From: Trichoplax adhaerens
Lineage: Eukaryota > Animalia > Placozoa
Reading direction: 5' to 3'
Assembly (NCBI RefSeq): GCF_000150275.1
Contig: NW_002060947.1
Span: forward strand, 7,549,880 to 7,613,879
Length of the DNA: 64,000 bases
Shown here: positions 11,801-25,200 of the stretch, one piece after another
How the letters are laid out: each line of letters opens with the position of its first letter
Position numbering within the stretch: position 1 is the first letter of the stretch
Notes under the pieces: generated by a model
Told to the model about the DNA's origin: nothing
Databases searched by the model: none
What the model saw: only the letters and a program-made list of their open reading frames with translations
Position numbers and translations under genes: made by a program

Positions 11801-14800
11801 GCCAGCAGACTCTACAGTAGTCAACAGTACGGTATCAAACACAACCCTAAAAGGCAGCGGCGACGGCTCTCCGGTCACCCACTACAACAAATGATTGAAA
11901 AGGGGCGGTCGGATCGTCAACCACGATCTCTACTACACTTCATCGCATCGAACAATGGATATCGATACCGTTATTAGTACCAGTATGGACCGTTATTAGT
12001 ACCGGTATGGACCGGTAGAGTGATTGGACAAGTCCAACGGTACAGTATCGTGGGTTTGGTTTTGACTCAGTACGTCACTCTGATACGGTCAATCGCCGGA
12101 ATCGGTCATTCCCCGCGTTGGACCCAAACAACGCTACCAGACCTCCTAACAGTTACGCAGTATCCAGCTCGATTTGATCCAGTTGGTCTGTTTTCACCTA
12201 CTCTCATCTACTCGACTAGCCCGTTATTTATCTAGAATTACAGCTAGCTAAAGTCTTGGCAGTTTGAAGTTCTCCTGACAGTTACGCAGTATCCAGCTCG
12301 ATTTGATCCAGTTGGTCTGTTTTCACCTACTCTCATCTACTCGACTAGCCCGTTATTTACCTAGAATTACAGCTAGCTAAAGTCTTGGCAGTTTGAAGTT
12401 CTCCTAACAGTTACGCAGTATCCAGCTCGATTTAATCCAGCTGGTCTGTTTTCACCTACTCTCATCTACTTTACTAGCCCCTTATATACCTAGAATTACA
12501 GCTAGCTAAAGTCTTGGCAGTTTGAAGTTCTCCTAACAGTTACGCAGTATCCAGCTCGATTTGATCCAGCTGGTCTATTTTCACCTACTCTCATCTATTT
12601 GACTAGCCCTTTATTTACCTAGAATTACAGTTAGATAAAGTCTTGGCAGTTTGAAGTTCTCCTAATAGTTACGCAGTATCCAGCTCGATTTGATCCAGCT
12701 GGTCTGTTTTCACCTACTCTCATCTACTTGACTAGCCCCTTATTTACCTAGAATTACAGTTAGATAAAGTCTTGGCAGTTTGAAGTTCTCCTAATAGTTA
12801 CGCAGTATCCAGCTCGATTTGATCCAGTTGGTCTGTTTTCACCTACTCTCATCTACTTGACTAGCCCCTTATTTACCTAGAATTACAGCTAGCTAAAGTC
12901 TTGGCAGTTTGAAGTTCTTTGATATGCGACGATAGAAGCAATCGTCAAAGATAGATCGATTATGCACTGTAGATAGATTGTATCATTGTGCTTAGATATG
13001 TCATCAATTAACATGAAAGATACTACAGGTAAAGACTACTGTCGTCAAGACAAAACGACGAGTATGAGAAAGTCGCGGCAATTTAGAGTTCTCCTTTTTC
13101 TTAGATATGTAACGATAGAAGCAATCATCAAAAATAGATCGATTATACATATATTGGTCATTCCCCAGCAAATGACCGATTCCCGGGATTGATCACAGAA
13201 TAATGAAGTGTAAAGAGCTCACTGACTATAAACGTATGATAGTAACGGTACATTTTCGTAAAGTATCTTAAGTGAGAAGGTTATGCTATCACAAAATAAT
13301 ACATTTCAAAGACAGGATAATGAAATCGATTTATGGCATCATGTAAATACATTACCGGTACTTGCTTACTAGATCAACTCTATATTGTTACTGTTTACTA
13401 AAATAATTATCACTATTTAGCAAGGAGTTGAGAAAAAAATTGAAAGAAATTGTTGTGTGTATCACATATCTCACATAAAAGTTACTGGGAAGTTTAGTAT
13501 AGCAAAGGAAAAGCATAGTATGAATAAGTATCAACTAATCTTCATTCCAAACCGTTATCCTCATCTGTCTTTAACTTTGGTAAAACGCTACTGTATACTA
13601 TGAGACTAGCTGTTAAATATATATAGATAATTTAGTAACTATATTGTAATAGGCCAAAAAAAATACAGCATGTTCAAGTTCTTAATAAATAGCTCGGAAA
13701 TACCTGCAGTTCACTATTTGCTGAAAGTATTACATCAATATAACATCAACTAGTCAGTCAAGAAAGTAATACATGCCAGCATATCTTTGGTTTTAGCGTA
13801 TACTACTCATGTCATCAGTAGTAACACAATTCGTCATAAATCTAAATCAGATTTTATCCCTGGTTTTGTCGTCAATCATAGTCTCATAGCACTAAATTGT
13901 CATAGCTTTAATTAATGACTCATTATTCTACTGATTTACTGAGCACTCTTAATTAGATATCTTGCAAGAATTACTACTATCTAAATATGAAACTCTGTCA
14001 GATGCTATTGATTGGGTCGTAGAAAAAGATGAAATTATTCACTCTAAGTAAAATCCATAACGCAAGGATATGTATGTACTGTATATAGCATGAAGAATAT
14101 ATCCTATTTTCAATTTTTCGTACCGGAAATCTTCCTAGTATACACTGTTTCAACATATCCATTTTTTCTGCTGCTTCAGTGGTCGTTTCAGAGAAGTTTT
14201 CCTTAACTTCATCGGGTAACGTTGATAGAAAAGTCTGATCACGAACTAAAAATAACGCTGAAAGAATAATTCGAGGATAAATTGAGAACTTGAATTTGGA
14301 TATTTATGATAGTAATTACCTATCAGTTTAAGCAATTCTATTACGCAAAGTAGGATGAATACTCCGTATGGATCAAAAATAAAAATCGACGAAAATCAAT
14401 AATTAAATAATACAAGTAATTCATAAATAATAATGTTTGCGATACCATTTGGGTTAGCGTTACGGAATGCGCCATGAATAATTTCCATCTCAGTGATAGA
14501 GGTACCAAAAATCCAACCATATTCTTGTGCTAAGTACTGAGGAACCTCTGATATTTGGGGAATCCAACCGGTACGATGACTACATATTAACGTATAAAGC
14601 ATATAGTTGCGTTATAAAGTTAGCTGCCTCTGTTAAATGAATACGATAATGGAGTAAGTATAGTAGGCCGAATTAACAGTTTGCGTTACATTAAATTAAA
14701 CTTTAATGTAAGTATAAATCATAGCATTTCATGAACCAAACTTTAAATTTTCTAGACTAGATCACTTAAGCCAAACTTAATATAGCCATAAATTAATTTA

Positions 14801-16132
14801 TGGATAATCTCAACATAGTCTAAAATTTCACGGCAATAAAAACTATTTCATAAATTTGTGTATGTGCATGCTAACCTGGAAAGATTTATAAAGAATGGCC
14901 ATTGATTATCTTCATAACATCGATCAATTTCTCCAAGACATATTTTCAGTGTTTCTTCTGAAGTAGCTTCTTTAGGCACGCCCTAATCAAGCATTAGTTT
15001 ATTTACTTGCGGTTAAGAAATAACTCAATTTATAGCCTCAATACGCTATTTTATTTCATTAAGATAACTACTATCCTTTCTATAAGATAAATTGCCGGTT
15101 ACTTATTCATTAATCAGGTGTAAAATTATCAATAGCTTCAGCGAAAATTAGGAAATATTATTTTCGGAGTTAGCTAAATTACTTTAGTACGGTAATAATG
15201 GTACTCGTAAACTGAATTGAGTAACATTAATAAATAGTATATCATTCTCAATATAAGGCAATATTCTACCCATAGCTATGAGCTACTATCAGAATTATTC
15301 CTTCACAATGCTCACAGTAAAATTATGCACCGTATTATAGATGCTAGTTTCGTCTTTAGACGATATTTACTGTATTTCAAACTAATAATAAAATAATCTA
15401 AGCAGTTGATTATGCTTACAATCATGGTTTGCATTGGAATAAAAGTAAAATATTACCATTAATAATATTATTACACTTGGTGAGACATTCGATTAACTTA
15501 CCCAGCGTAAATCACATTCAATTAAGTGCAACTTTAGCTTTTCGCACCATATTCTTAATTCAGGGAAGACCTTGATCATAGATGACCGCCAAATAGCATC
15601 TAATTAGTACTCACATTCAATACATTCGAAAAAAATTTATCATTATTCTGATATGTTATCCTAAAATTCTCATTTAACTGCCTTTTCCCTATGAAAACTA
15701 TTCATAAATAGTAAGGGCTATTAAGTACAGTCTACATACTTGTTTGACCAAAATTTCTCTTTCAGCATGGAAATCTTTAAATGTTGAAGATACAAATAAG
15801 CGTATCGTCTTCCAGCCACGTCTTTTGATTACTGGCTTTATCTCAGTTTCATTACGAATTGATGTTGCTCGAACACAGTCCCAACATTCTCTCAGACTAG
15901 CTGGTTTACATTCGGATACCTCTTGTAGCGATAGTGAAGGCTTGGGTGGCAAATCTGACCACAATATAGTAAATGTCTCGATAGATCCCGATGCCTTCCT
16001 CACCTGAATCGATCTACGTCTAGACGATGCCGTCGAAACATCCGTTGCCGTGCTAGAAGGAGGAGGCTTATTCCTTGCTGTAGGTAGATTATCATCCACA
16101 ACCTTTAAACTCTTACTAGACGAACAACCCAT
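2857..16132 (-). CDS. Copy A: MGC-lipidation motif / DUF4062 / NACHT-STAND NTPase / TPR protein (NPHP3/TEP1-like), 24 exons, about 1137 aa
   Basis: Exons: 16132-15740, 15570-15502, 14982-14876, 14579-14446, 14257-14124, 10604-10500, 7972-7880, 7472-7416, 7194-7058, 6815-6707, 6576-6472, 6362-6189, 6051-5864, 5722-5391, 5289-5112, 4992-4884, 4618-4490, 4404-4292, 4192-4060, 3975-3859, 3784-3638, 3552-3469, 3231-3076, 2967-2857. All introns are GT-AG and the total is 3414 nt in frame. Motifs: IRLFVSSTFKDFHAERE..VFPEL..CDLRWGV (DUF4062), SITEMEI, Walker A GVAGAGKS (exon 9), Walker B ILFFDALNQ (exon 11), NPLWL, ELPYHL, TPR-type YGEYH and FGPTHP. Confidence 0.92.
12087..13194. mobile_element. Putative non-autonomous element bounded by 24-bp inverted repeats and containing the 129-bp satellite
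   Basis: 12087-12110 (ggtcaatcgccggaatcggtcatt) matches the reverse complement of 13171-13194 (gatcaatcccgggaatcggtcatt) at 21/24 positions. No TSD was found, so the true ends may lie further out. Confidence 0.45.
12143..12918. repeat. Tandem satellite, 6 x 129 bp, in intron 5 of copy A
   Basis: Unit ctcctaacagttacgcagtatccagctcg...gtcttggcagtttgaagtt starts at 12143, 12272, 12401, 12530, 12659 and 12788. Units differ by only a few substitutions. Confidence 0.97.
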
Positions 16133-16508
16133 GATGCAGGATTACTCTAAACTTGGAATTATATACGAATTTATCGTATCTATACTATCAAAATAAAGGA
16201 TTGGCTTGCTAAATATGTATAAAATATAAATCGTGAACCAGAAATTTAGAATCGGGTTGATCTCGTTACTTTTTGAAATAAAACAACACCAAAATTGGGG
16301 TTACTAATGATTAACGAGCGAAATAATAATTAGTACTCATGTACTGCATTATTAATAAACTATGAAGTTATATGAAACATTCTTTTCTAAATCGAAGAAT
16401 TAACAATAAAGTAATCGATGCCATAAACAAAAGTTATTGAGAAACAGTTTTATTTCTACTCATTAAATGATATTGGAAAGTAAAAATGAAGTTCAAAAAA
16501 TTAAAAAC

Positions 16509-16572
16509 AGGTGAGATCGTGGAATTCAGAACCCCTGACGGGAATTTGAGATGCTCACCATTGAGTTGTGCC
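16509..16572 (-). other. Degenerate tRNA-like / SINE-head remnant
   Basis: The minus strand reads ggcacAACTCAATGGTGAGCAtctc...GGTTCTGAATTCC followed by T-runs, resembling Pol III A and B boxes. It does not form a full cloverleaf. Confidence 0.3.
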
Positions 16573-17879
16573 TTTCATGTAATTATTACTAATGGTCTCA
16601 AATATATAGTTAAAATTGACAGCTTGAAATAGTATTCGTATTCGATACCTTGTAACAATTTTTCAATTAACTAAGAAACCTTCAGTATTTCTTAAATCAT
16701 CTAATGGTGTATACTGTATATATCATAACCAACGTATTTACAGCATGTAGGTAGGCATGCTAGTAAATCTGAGTGTATTACAAAAATGATAGGATTTTAA
16801 AACCATCTTTCATCGTCATCATCATTATATAAGACTATAGTACGTCATATCCAAGTACAACTGTTTATAAAAATCGTGATTGGAAATTTTTGTAGTTTTT
16901 AAACGTATATTATAGTATTTACATCACTTACGGATGTCACTGTAACCTTACAATTATAGCACGACTGCATTTATTAATTAATTTAGAATGTTGATGACTG
17001 ATTTTTGGCTTATACCATTGATAATCACTTCATGAAATGTGGTATCATTCGTTACAGGAAAAATATTTTACATATTTCAGATAAACTAGCTTGCTGGCTT
17101 ATAGTATTACGAGCTAAGTCATGTATTATTAATGCTAGCTATATTTAATAATAGTATGCTGTTGATAGTGGCATATAAAGTTTACTTACCAGAAAGACTA
17201 AATAGATTACCAGATGTGATTTCTAGAAAGACGATACTCCAATATTTCTGATTTATTAATAGTAAAATAAGTTATTAGATTGAACAATCATCAATTTGCG
17301 TCTAAGGTAAAGTAATTCTTTACTAAACGCATTTCCATACGGAGATGTTATATCTAGGTTAAGAATAATATAATTGATTGTGTCCCGTCACTAATCCTGT
17401 ATGCGGTGGCAATGTTAAAATTAGACAAAATAGGATTGACCACTGTCGCTATGGCTACTTAATTCAGTCCAAGAAGGCAGTAATGTAAGCATGCGTATAA
17501 TAAGTTATAGCTCTTTCATCAAACAAATAACTGGTTAAAATTTTATAATTTAATTGTTTGGTGTTATTATTTGCGAGCGAGAATAATAATAAAGTCGATT
17601 GTTACGATAGATCGTGCTTTAATGAATAGTTCATGGCTGATAGAAAAGAGAACGATATTAACTTTTGATTTTTAAATATGCTATTATTATTTAAATATAA
17701 TTAGATGATTACCTTGGATCTTACTTAAATTATGTAAATTAGAATTAGGTATAATTATGAAGCATAAGTATTTTACAATATCATAATATTTTCACGAGAA
17801 TTTTATAATATTATTTTTTTATGTCATTAATATTTTGAGTTATTCTATTATAGGTATAAATTCTCCAAATTCATACCTT

Positions 17880-18280
17880 TCCGTAGTAGCCAATGATATA
17901 ATTTTGATCTCATGTTGTCCGCTTATAACAGAACTATTTTTGCAGTAATAATTAAGCATAAGTCCTCTAAATTTATACTTTTACTTTATAGCTAATGGCA
18001 CAACTTCAATCTCAAATTATCGGCTATAAATGCTTGCAGCTATATTATTTTTATAAAATAATGAAGCGTGAATTCACAGGACTTCCTTTATAGCTAGTGA
18101 CATAACTTTGATCTTATACTATCCTTGTTACAACTGCTTGCAGCTATATTAAATTTGTATAAATAGTTAAGCTTAAATCATCCAAATTAAGATATTTACT
18201 TTATAGCTAATGAGCTTACTTTGATCTCATATTATTAATCGCTAGTAACTATACTATTTTTGTAAAAATTGTAGCATATA
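17880..18280. repeat. Degenerate tandem repeat, about 4 x 100-115 bp, intergenic between copies A and B
   Basis: The blocks tttatagcta(a/g)tg, actttgatct and tgcttgcagctatatt recur near 17885, 17985, 18087 and 18200. Confidence 0.65.
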
Positions 18281-19246
18281 CTTATAAATATAGTACAGTC
18301 TATTCTTAGCTAAAGTTATTTTTCACTGCACTATAGCATAACTCACTCACTTTAATTATCTTGCTCAATTAAAATAAAAAGCATCAGACTCAAAATCGTT
18401 TTGTTCAGTAATATCATTATAAACTTTCTGCATGCCTTAAATTGGATACGTTGATCGAGATGTTTGAATTATTCTGATGTTTAAGTTCATACGATGTAAA
18501 CGAATCGGAAGCACGTACAGTTTAGGGAAAATCTTAATTGCTGTAGTAATAACAACTATATATAACCTTTTGATATCTCCAATATTTTATATTGTCAAAT
18601 ATTTAAAATTTTAGGCTGTACGGCTAAATTAAAAAGTATTACAGAAATTTAGAAAAATTAAGAAAAATTAATCTAACGAAATTTATTTCATTTTTAGTAT
18701 CATAATAAGGATTAATACTAGCATAAATGTCGATCATGTTAATACAGCACAATATTATGCTTCCATAAGAATGAGTAGATATGCATGGATGTATGTAATA
18801 AAACAATCTTAGTTCCATAAAGATTTGACGGAATAGAGTATTCTTTAGCAAACGTATAACGTATAACCATTAAAACGATCGATTGCAAAGCAACTCAGTT
18901 ATTTCGTCAGTTTAAAAGATCTTAGCATCTTCGATAACAGATATTCTTTAGATTATATATTTTATACTACATTATGAATTTAATCTCAATAAATAATTTA
19001 ATTCGCCTAGAGAATGGTAACTAAACCAATTAAAAGTATTTAAAGATGATAAATATCGTTCAAGAAGAAAATACTACATACAGGTAAATTATCTCAATAC
19101 GATACGGATACCTGAATGCTAGTAATGCACGAATTGATGATATCAAGTGCTTAATTGGACCTAATTGAACGCAAGTTTGGTAACGTAAATATTACTCGCT
19201 AGTGCGGTAATCAATTGATAATAAAAGAATCGCTTCGAAAATTATA

Positions 19247-22200
19247 TTATTTCTCAGCTTCGATTTGTGATGCAATAAGTTTGAAACCTGGTTCGTCAAG
19301 CACTGATTTATATCGAAGTGTTGAAGGATGTGAAGGCCCGAAAACCTATTCAAGTAATAAATACACAATTATATATAGTTATCACTACTCGCAATACGGC
19401 ATTATAGCTATAAATGGAAGTATTTTCATATAAACATTCAAGAATATATTAAAAATTTTACTCAAAAGTTATTAAGCCACGGTTTAACAAAGTATACCTC
19501 TGCTTTGATATCATACGCTCTCTTAAAGTACTTGTAGGCCTGCCGTTTATCACGAGATTCCAAGCTAATAGCCATATTAAAGATTATTCTTGCTGTCAGT
19601 TTATGATATTCTCCATAGGCTTGCAAACATAGATCTAGAGCTTCGTTGAATATCTAATGTATAAAATAAATTTACTTAGATAAGACAGGAACAATTTTTA
19701 TTATTACTTTAAAATTAAGGTAACAATTTGTGACTGTTAAAAGTTATATTTAATTTTAAGTATCTACTATAATCTAAATCTGCTGCACTGAACACTACAT
19801 AATTATATCAATTTTAATCGACAAGTTCCGCTGTACTTGTTGGTTTAACATAATTTACGGTAAATGTCTACATAGAAGAAAACAGGTGTAACGATATGAC
19901 ATACACATATCAATTTATAATACAAAATATTATTAAGCAATACTAGAAAATCATAGTAAGTGTTAAAGTATGCAAAATCGCCGTTGTATAGCATCGGTAA
20001 CAAGAAGTTGAAATTTACAAAATCTTCTATATCATCGAAAAGTGTTCATCTTAAAATACCTTCATTTGCTTATTATATTCACGATCGAAAAGATACGTCG
20101 CTATATTTTGTAGAGTTTCAGCTTTATGCCCAACATCTTTTAACTATAATGAATACAGTTGTCAAAACGTCAAGAATAATATATTACGCTATAAATTCGG
20201 TATTAGTAGATATTAACGTTTTAGCAATCAAAATTTTTTAAAGAATATTATTAAAATGCAGCTAATTACCTCATCGAAGATTTGCACACAATTATTACAG
20301 TGATCTGAGCATCTCGATAAAGCATCTTTAACGGTTAAATCTTGGTAAGGTCTACCGGTTCTCGCAAATGCACCATAATGAAAAGATACACGAAGTTCTA
20401 GCAATCCTAAATGATACTGAAAATAATATATTATGATGCCGTTAGTAGTACTGAACAATCTATACGCGGTATATCATCGTTAACATAATTAGGCAAAATC
20501 TAATTTATATTCTATATGAGTGTTAGGCATTAATTAGCTCACTTTATTATCATCGCCGGCCAAGTTTTTACGGTAGGAAATTGCCTTTAATCCGGTTTGG
20601 ACAATATCGTAGTCTTTTTTGGTATCTTCTGCACTAATGAAATCCGATAGTTTGCTAGCCTTTAACGAAATATGTAATTGCTTATTAAATGATCTAATTA
20701 AACAACTTTTCTCTATTGATGTAATAAGACTATAGTCGTCGAATGAAGTTATTAAATTATGTTTTATTCCAAACTTTTACATACGTCACTTTTGATATCG
20801 GTTAAGAGCTCATAAAAACTGGCCAATTTTTCTCTTCTTGCACCAAGTTTTTCGTTTTCTATTTTAATAGCTTCAGTTACCAGTTGTTCAGCCTCATTAA
20901 ATTGCCCAGCACAGCAACTTTTAATAAAATGAGAATTAATTTAAAGTATTCCATGGAATCATGAGAATGATTTCACCATTGTAACCTTTGTCATTAACTT
21001 ATATTGCTATTAATTTGAAGACATACAAGAAATGAGCCACTTTCCACTTCTTATCCGCCATTTCCTCATCCGATGCACTATTGCTAAGTTGTTCTAATGA
21101 TTGTATATACAACGTTGCAGCAGCTGCATAACCTCCAGCCTAGGATAAATTCGATTAATATATTTTAGAAAGGATTATTAGGATATCAATAAGCGCCATT
21201 GCTTACTTTTCGCCAAGATCTCAAGAGTTCGACGTTGTGTTCGTCAGCAGAAAGTTTTTCGAATACAGGCCATTCTAGCAAGCATCTGGCTAAGCGACTG
21301 TGGTCCAATAGTTTTTCTAAATGATACGGAAGTTCCTAAGTGATTCAAGACAATTTAAATTATCATAATTTTAATTTTAATGGTTTTAAAACATGATACT
21401 GTTTTGTATTCGCATAACTTTATGGAACTATTTAAATATCATAGTAGCACCCAACTTATTGCATCCAACTCCTCTGATTTTATAAAGAGTACATGTGTTA
21501 AATACCGTATGCTATCTCTAAATAAATATTGATGTAAATAATATCATGCTAGGCTGTAGTACTGTATTTAAATGCAATGGTGGGACTATATATTTAATAT
21601 TGACGGGTAGGTATAGATATATGTCCAATAAGTTATCACATGGCTACATACTTATACATTAATTACATGTATGTAGATTTTGATAACACTATTCATTGCA
21701 AATTATTGATAGAAAGAAGATAAGAAAATTCTTAACGCACTGTTAATTATACCTATATTAATAAATAGCCTTGCAACTTGAATATTTTCAAATTGTTGAT
21801 TTCATTCATGTAACCAATTAATTGGCTTACCTCAGCTTTGCGATCATGATTATCTACTTGTTCAAAATATTCTGCTAATTTTCCATGCCACCACGTGTAT
21901 AAGAATGTTCGATAATCTTCTGAATCTTTCTTAAAGTACCTTTTAAACGATATTTGTTATAAGACATAAAATTAAACAACAATGTAAAGACTACTGTAAC
22001 AACTCCAGGATCAAAATAGAAATTAGCATCATACAATCTGAGGATGCAATTCAAGAAACTAAAAGCACTCTTATAACGAATAAAATTAATTTGATTTCTA
22101 ACTTTTTTCTGACAGCTTTACTCATTGCTCGATGATAGAAATCCAATCTGCCTTCGCCACTATCACCGCAAGGTCGCAGGAAAGGTTTTAACGCACGATA

Positions 22201-25200
22201 AACCACTGCCCATTTCGCTGCTGGCAAAGGTGGAGATCTTTTCTTTTTGGAAATCCTGCTATCCTTATCATCATCTATATCATTTATAATAGAATACCGA
22301 AAGTTCAATTTTAAAGGTTTAATTCCATATTTCGTATAGATGCCATTTTAGGCATGGATATCGTATACCTGCATCATTATCATCCGGTTGTTCTTCGTCT
22401 TGTACGTTATTTTTGCGGTAAGTTTCCTCCACCGTAACATGAAGCTTTTTAGATAAATCATTAGCTAAACTTTCGGTTGCTTCAGAAGTTTTAGGCGATG
22501 ATTCACTATTTTTTTTCATAAATTCTTCTAAAGACGGCGGCTTCAGCAATTCATCATCCCCAAGCAGTTCAAGTAGTTCTCGCTCTAACAGTCCATGACG
22601 GGAACATTCAAGAAAGCAAAGTGTTGCAACCATTAAGTGACCACCACTTTCTTCTTCGAAACGCGTTAACACTTGCTCTAGTAGTCTATGAAAAATGTTT
22701 AGAAATCAGAATTTAGGTTGATATCAAATAAAATAATTAGTTAAGTTTAGGGTTAGAGTTAAAAAATTGATTTATTGTGGGTGAAGTTTTAAAATTTCAT
22801 TAATTTGGGTTCACCATATTAATAAGTATTCAAAATAAAATTAAGATGGATTATTTCTGATTAGATGGCTATGCTTGTAAAGAATTAGAGGAAACTTACT
22901 CTAGTAGCCCATCAGCTAATCCTTTTATCATCTCAGTTACTTTACTAAATAAACCAAAGACTCTTAATTCTTCACAAGCTATCGATAACCAAAGAGGATT
23001 CGCAGAAGCTTCTTTCGATAGTAGCAAGTCCATTTGTGTAGGGTCTAATCTCTTATTGAATTTCGTTAAAACTTGATCGACAATTTCCTATATGTACATA
23101 GTCAGTTCCAAAAGGAACATTAGCTCTACAGCAATATCTTCATTTCATTTAAAAATCGTTTATTTCATTGAATGGTTAGGTCATAGCAGCTATAAATTGC
23201 AATTGTAATAAGAAAGGCCCCTGACATACCCGTCTACTTGATAAATCTAATGGGCCACATAAAATATCTTTAGGACGATTGGTTCGACTAGACAGGCTGC
23301 GATGGCAAGGCGTATCGTTGATGACAGAGCATATAATTCGCACATTAGGCGATAAAGCAAGAGGTAACCAGCTAACTTGTTCAGCATCCTTACTTTTATC
23401 GAGCTGGTGATGTGATAGTTTAAATGGGCAATGGCGTTATTACTGTATGATCATGCATTCAGTGCAGCTTATGAAATACCAATATATCAAACGCTATACT
23501 CTAACTTACTTGGTTTAGGGCATCGAAAAATAAAATTGTTGGTTCCAGGTTAGGATTTCCTAAGGTAGTGTTTGATAGTCTAACAAGTGACTCTGTATCC
23601 GCCGGCATTTCTCCCTTTACGTGCAAAGTACGAAGGGTATATTGTATTGGTAAACTCATTAAATTCGAAAATTTTTTATTTATCTTGTTCGCCTAATCTA
23701 ATCATCTTACGAGTATTGCAGAATTTAGTTAAATAAAAAAACTTTACTTACAATATATTTTATTTCTTTTAGCATTCTTTGTAACATGAATCCAAGATCA
23801 GTGGAACCAGGCGCTGCTCCAATAAAATGATAGAAGACATTCCAACCTTTATTGCTGCCTCTAATAGCATTAAAGCAAGAAGAAAATTGTGTATACGAAT
23901 ACATTAATATAGACTTTCAGGGTTGAATGTATTCTGATAATAAGGTGAAATTGTATCGATGAATATCCAGTGGCTGAGAAAAATATGCAGTACACTGTAA
24001 CATAAGCATGAATATAAAACACGATTGCTTAAATAAGCAACTAATGACCTAAGAATTATACGTCTCATTTTTAGCAACTAGTAAGTATATTACAATTCAA
24101 TGAAATTTCGAACTATATTGTAATTTAAACGTTCGTTTAAAAACGCTCCCTATACATAAAATTCATGTTTAGTTACTCTTACCCTGGTATATCATTGTTA
24201 AGAGCTTTAGCAACAGTTGTGGCAGCACTTCTTGCCATCACTGCACTCTTGCCAGCCCCTGCAACACCAATGATAACCATCGGTAAGCCGGACGCTGGGG
24301 CCATGATATATTCTTGAATCTATTAAGATAAAATATTATAGCTGAATAGGAATATTTATTAATTCTTTTGAGAATCTATGTTAAGTATAATTAACCATTT
24401 CTCAAGGTAGGCAAAAAAAAATCGTTAATGTCAAAAATAGAAGGCAGAACAGCTACAAATAATAGCAAACTATTATCTTATCATACTGATTTACCTTTTC
24501 TAAAATGGTGTCACGGCCTAAAACTGTTGATGATCGAGTATTGAGGAAGGACTAAAATTATCAAAATCAATCAAGACGATATAGTGCTCTATTTTATTAA
24601 CGTTTTACTATGTTTAATACGTTAATTCCAGTACATATATGCAAAATTATTAAAATTAACACATAATAAAATTATATTTATTAGTTGATAATTATTTTTT
24701 GGGGAATAGAAACAATTGGTAAGATTTACCTCATGGGCTTCTCGAATAGTTTCTAATGGATCCATTTTAGACTTATCCAGAGGATATTGATAACTAATTC
24801 TAGCCTTAAAAAATTCAATGACCTAATCGACAATAAATTTTACGATGTTACGAATCGTGTGTTAGCTTTCATGTTGCACGGGAGGGCTACGGTATTTTAT
24901 GTACCGGTTTACGCGTATATGATAAGGTCTCAGCGTCTTCAGCTAATAACTATATTATAATTATCGCAAATCAAGATCTGCTGCTAAAATTTACTAACCG
25001 ATTTTACGAAGATGGAATCGGCCTCTAATCCTTTAACACGGATAGTGTTGGTAACTTTATTAGTCCCTTCGTATTGGCAGCTGTATGCTACAACTCTTGA
25101 TTCCTGTTATCAAGTAGACCAAAATTGCTAATAAATGAATTGATTCCTTATTTGTAGTTCGTAGTGAAAGATGCTGATCATTGAGATTTAAATACTGGTC

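Noticed and set aside
12143-12918. 129-bp array as a CRISPR array or a coding repeat (129 = 43 codons)
   Set aside because: The units are contiguous with no unique spacers, there are no cas genes and the context is eukaryotic. All three minus frames and the one plus frame I translated contain a stop within the unit, and the ORF track shows nothing spanning the array.
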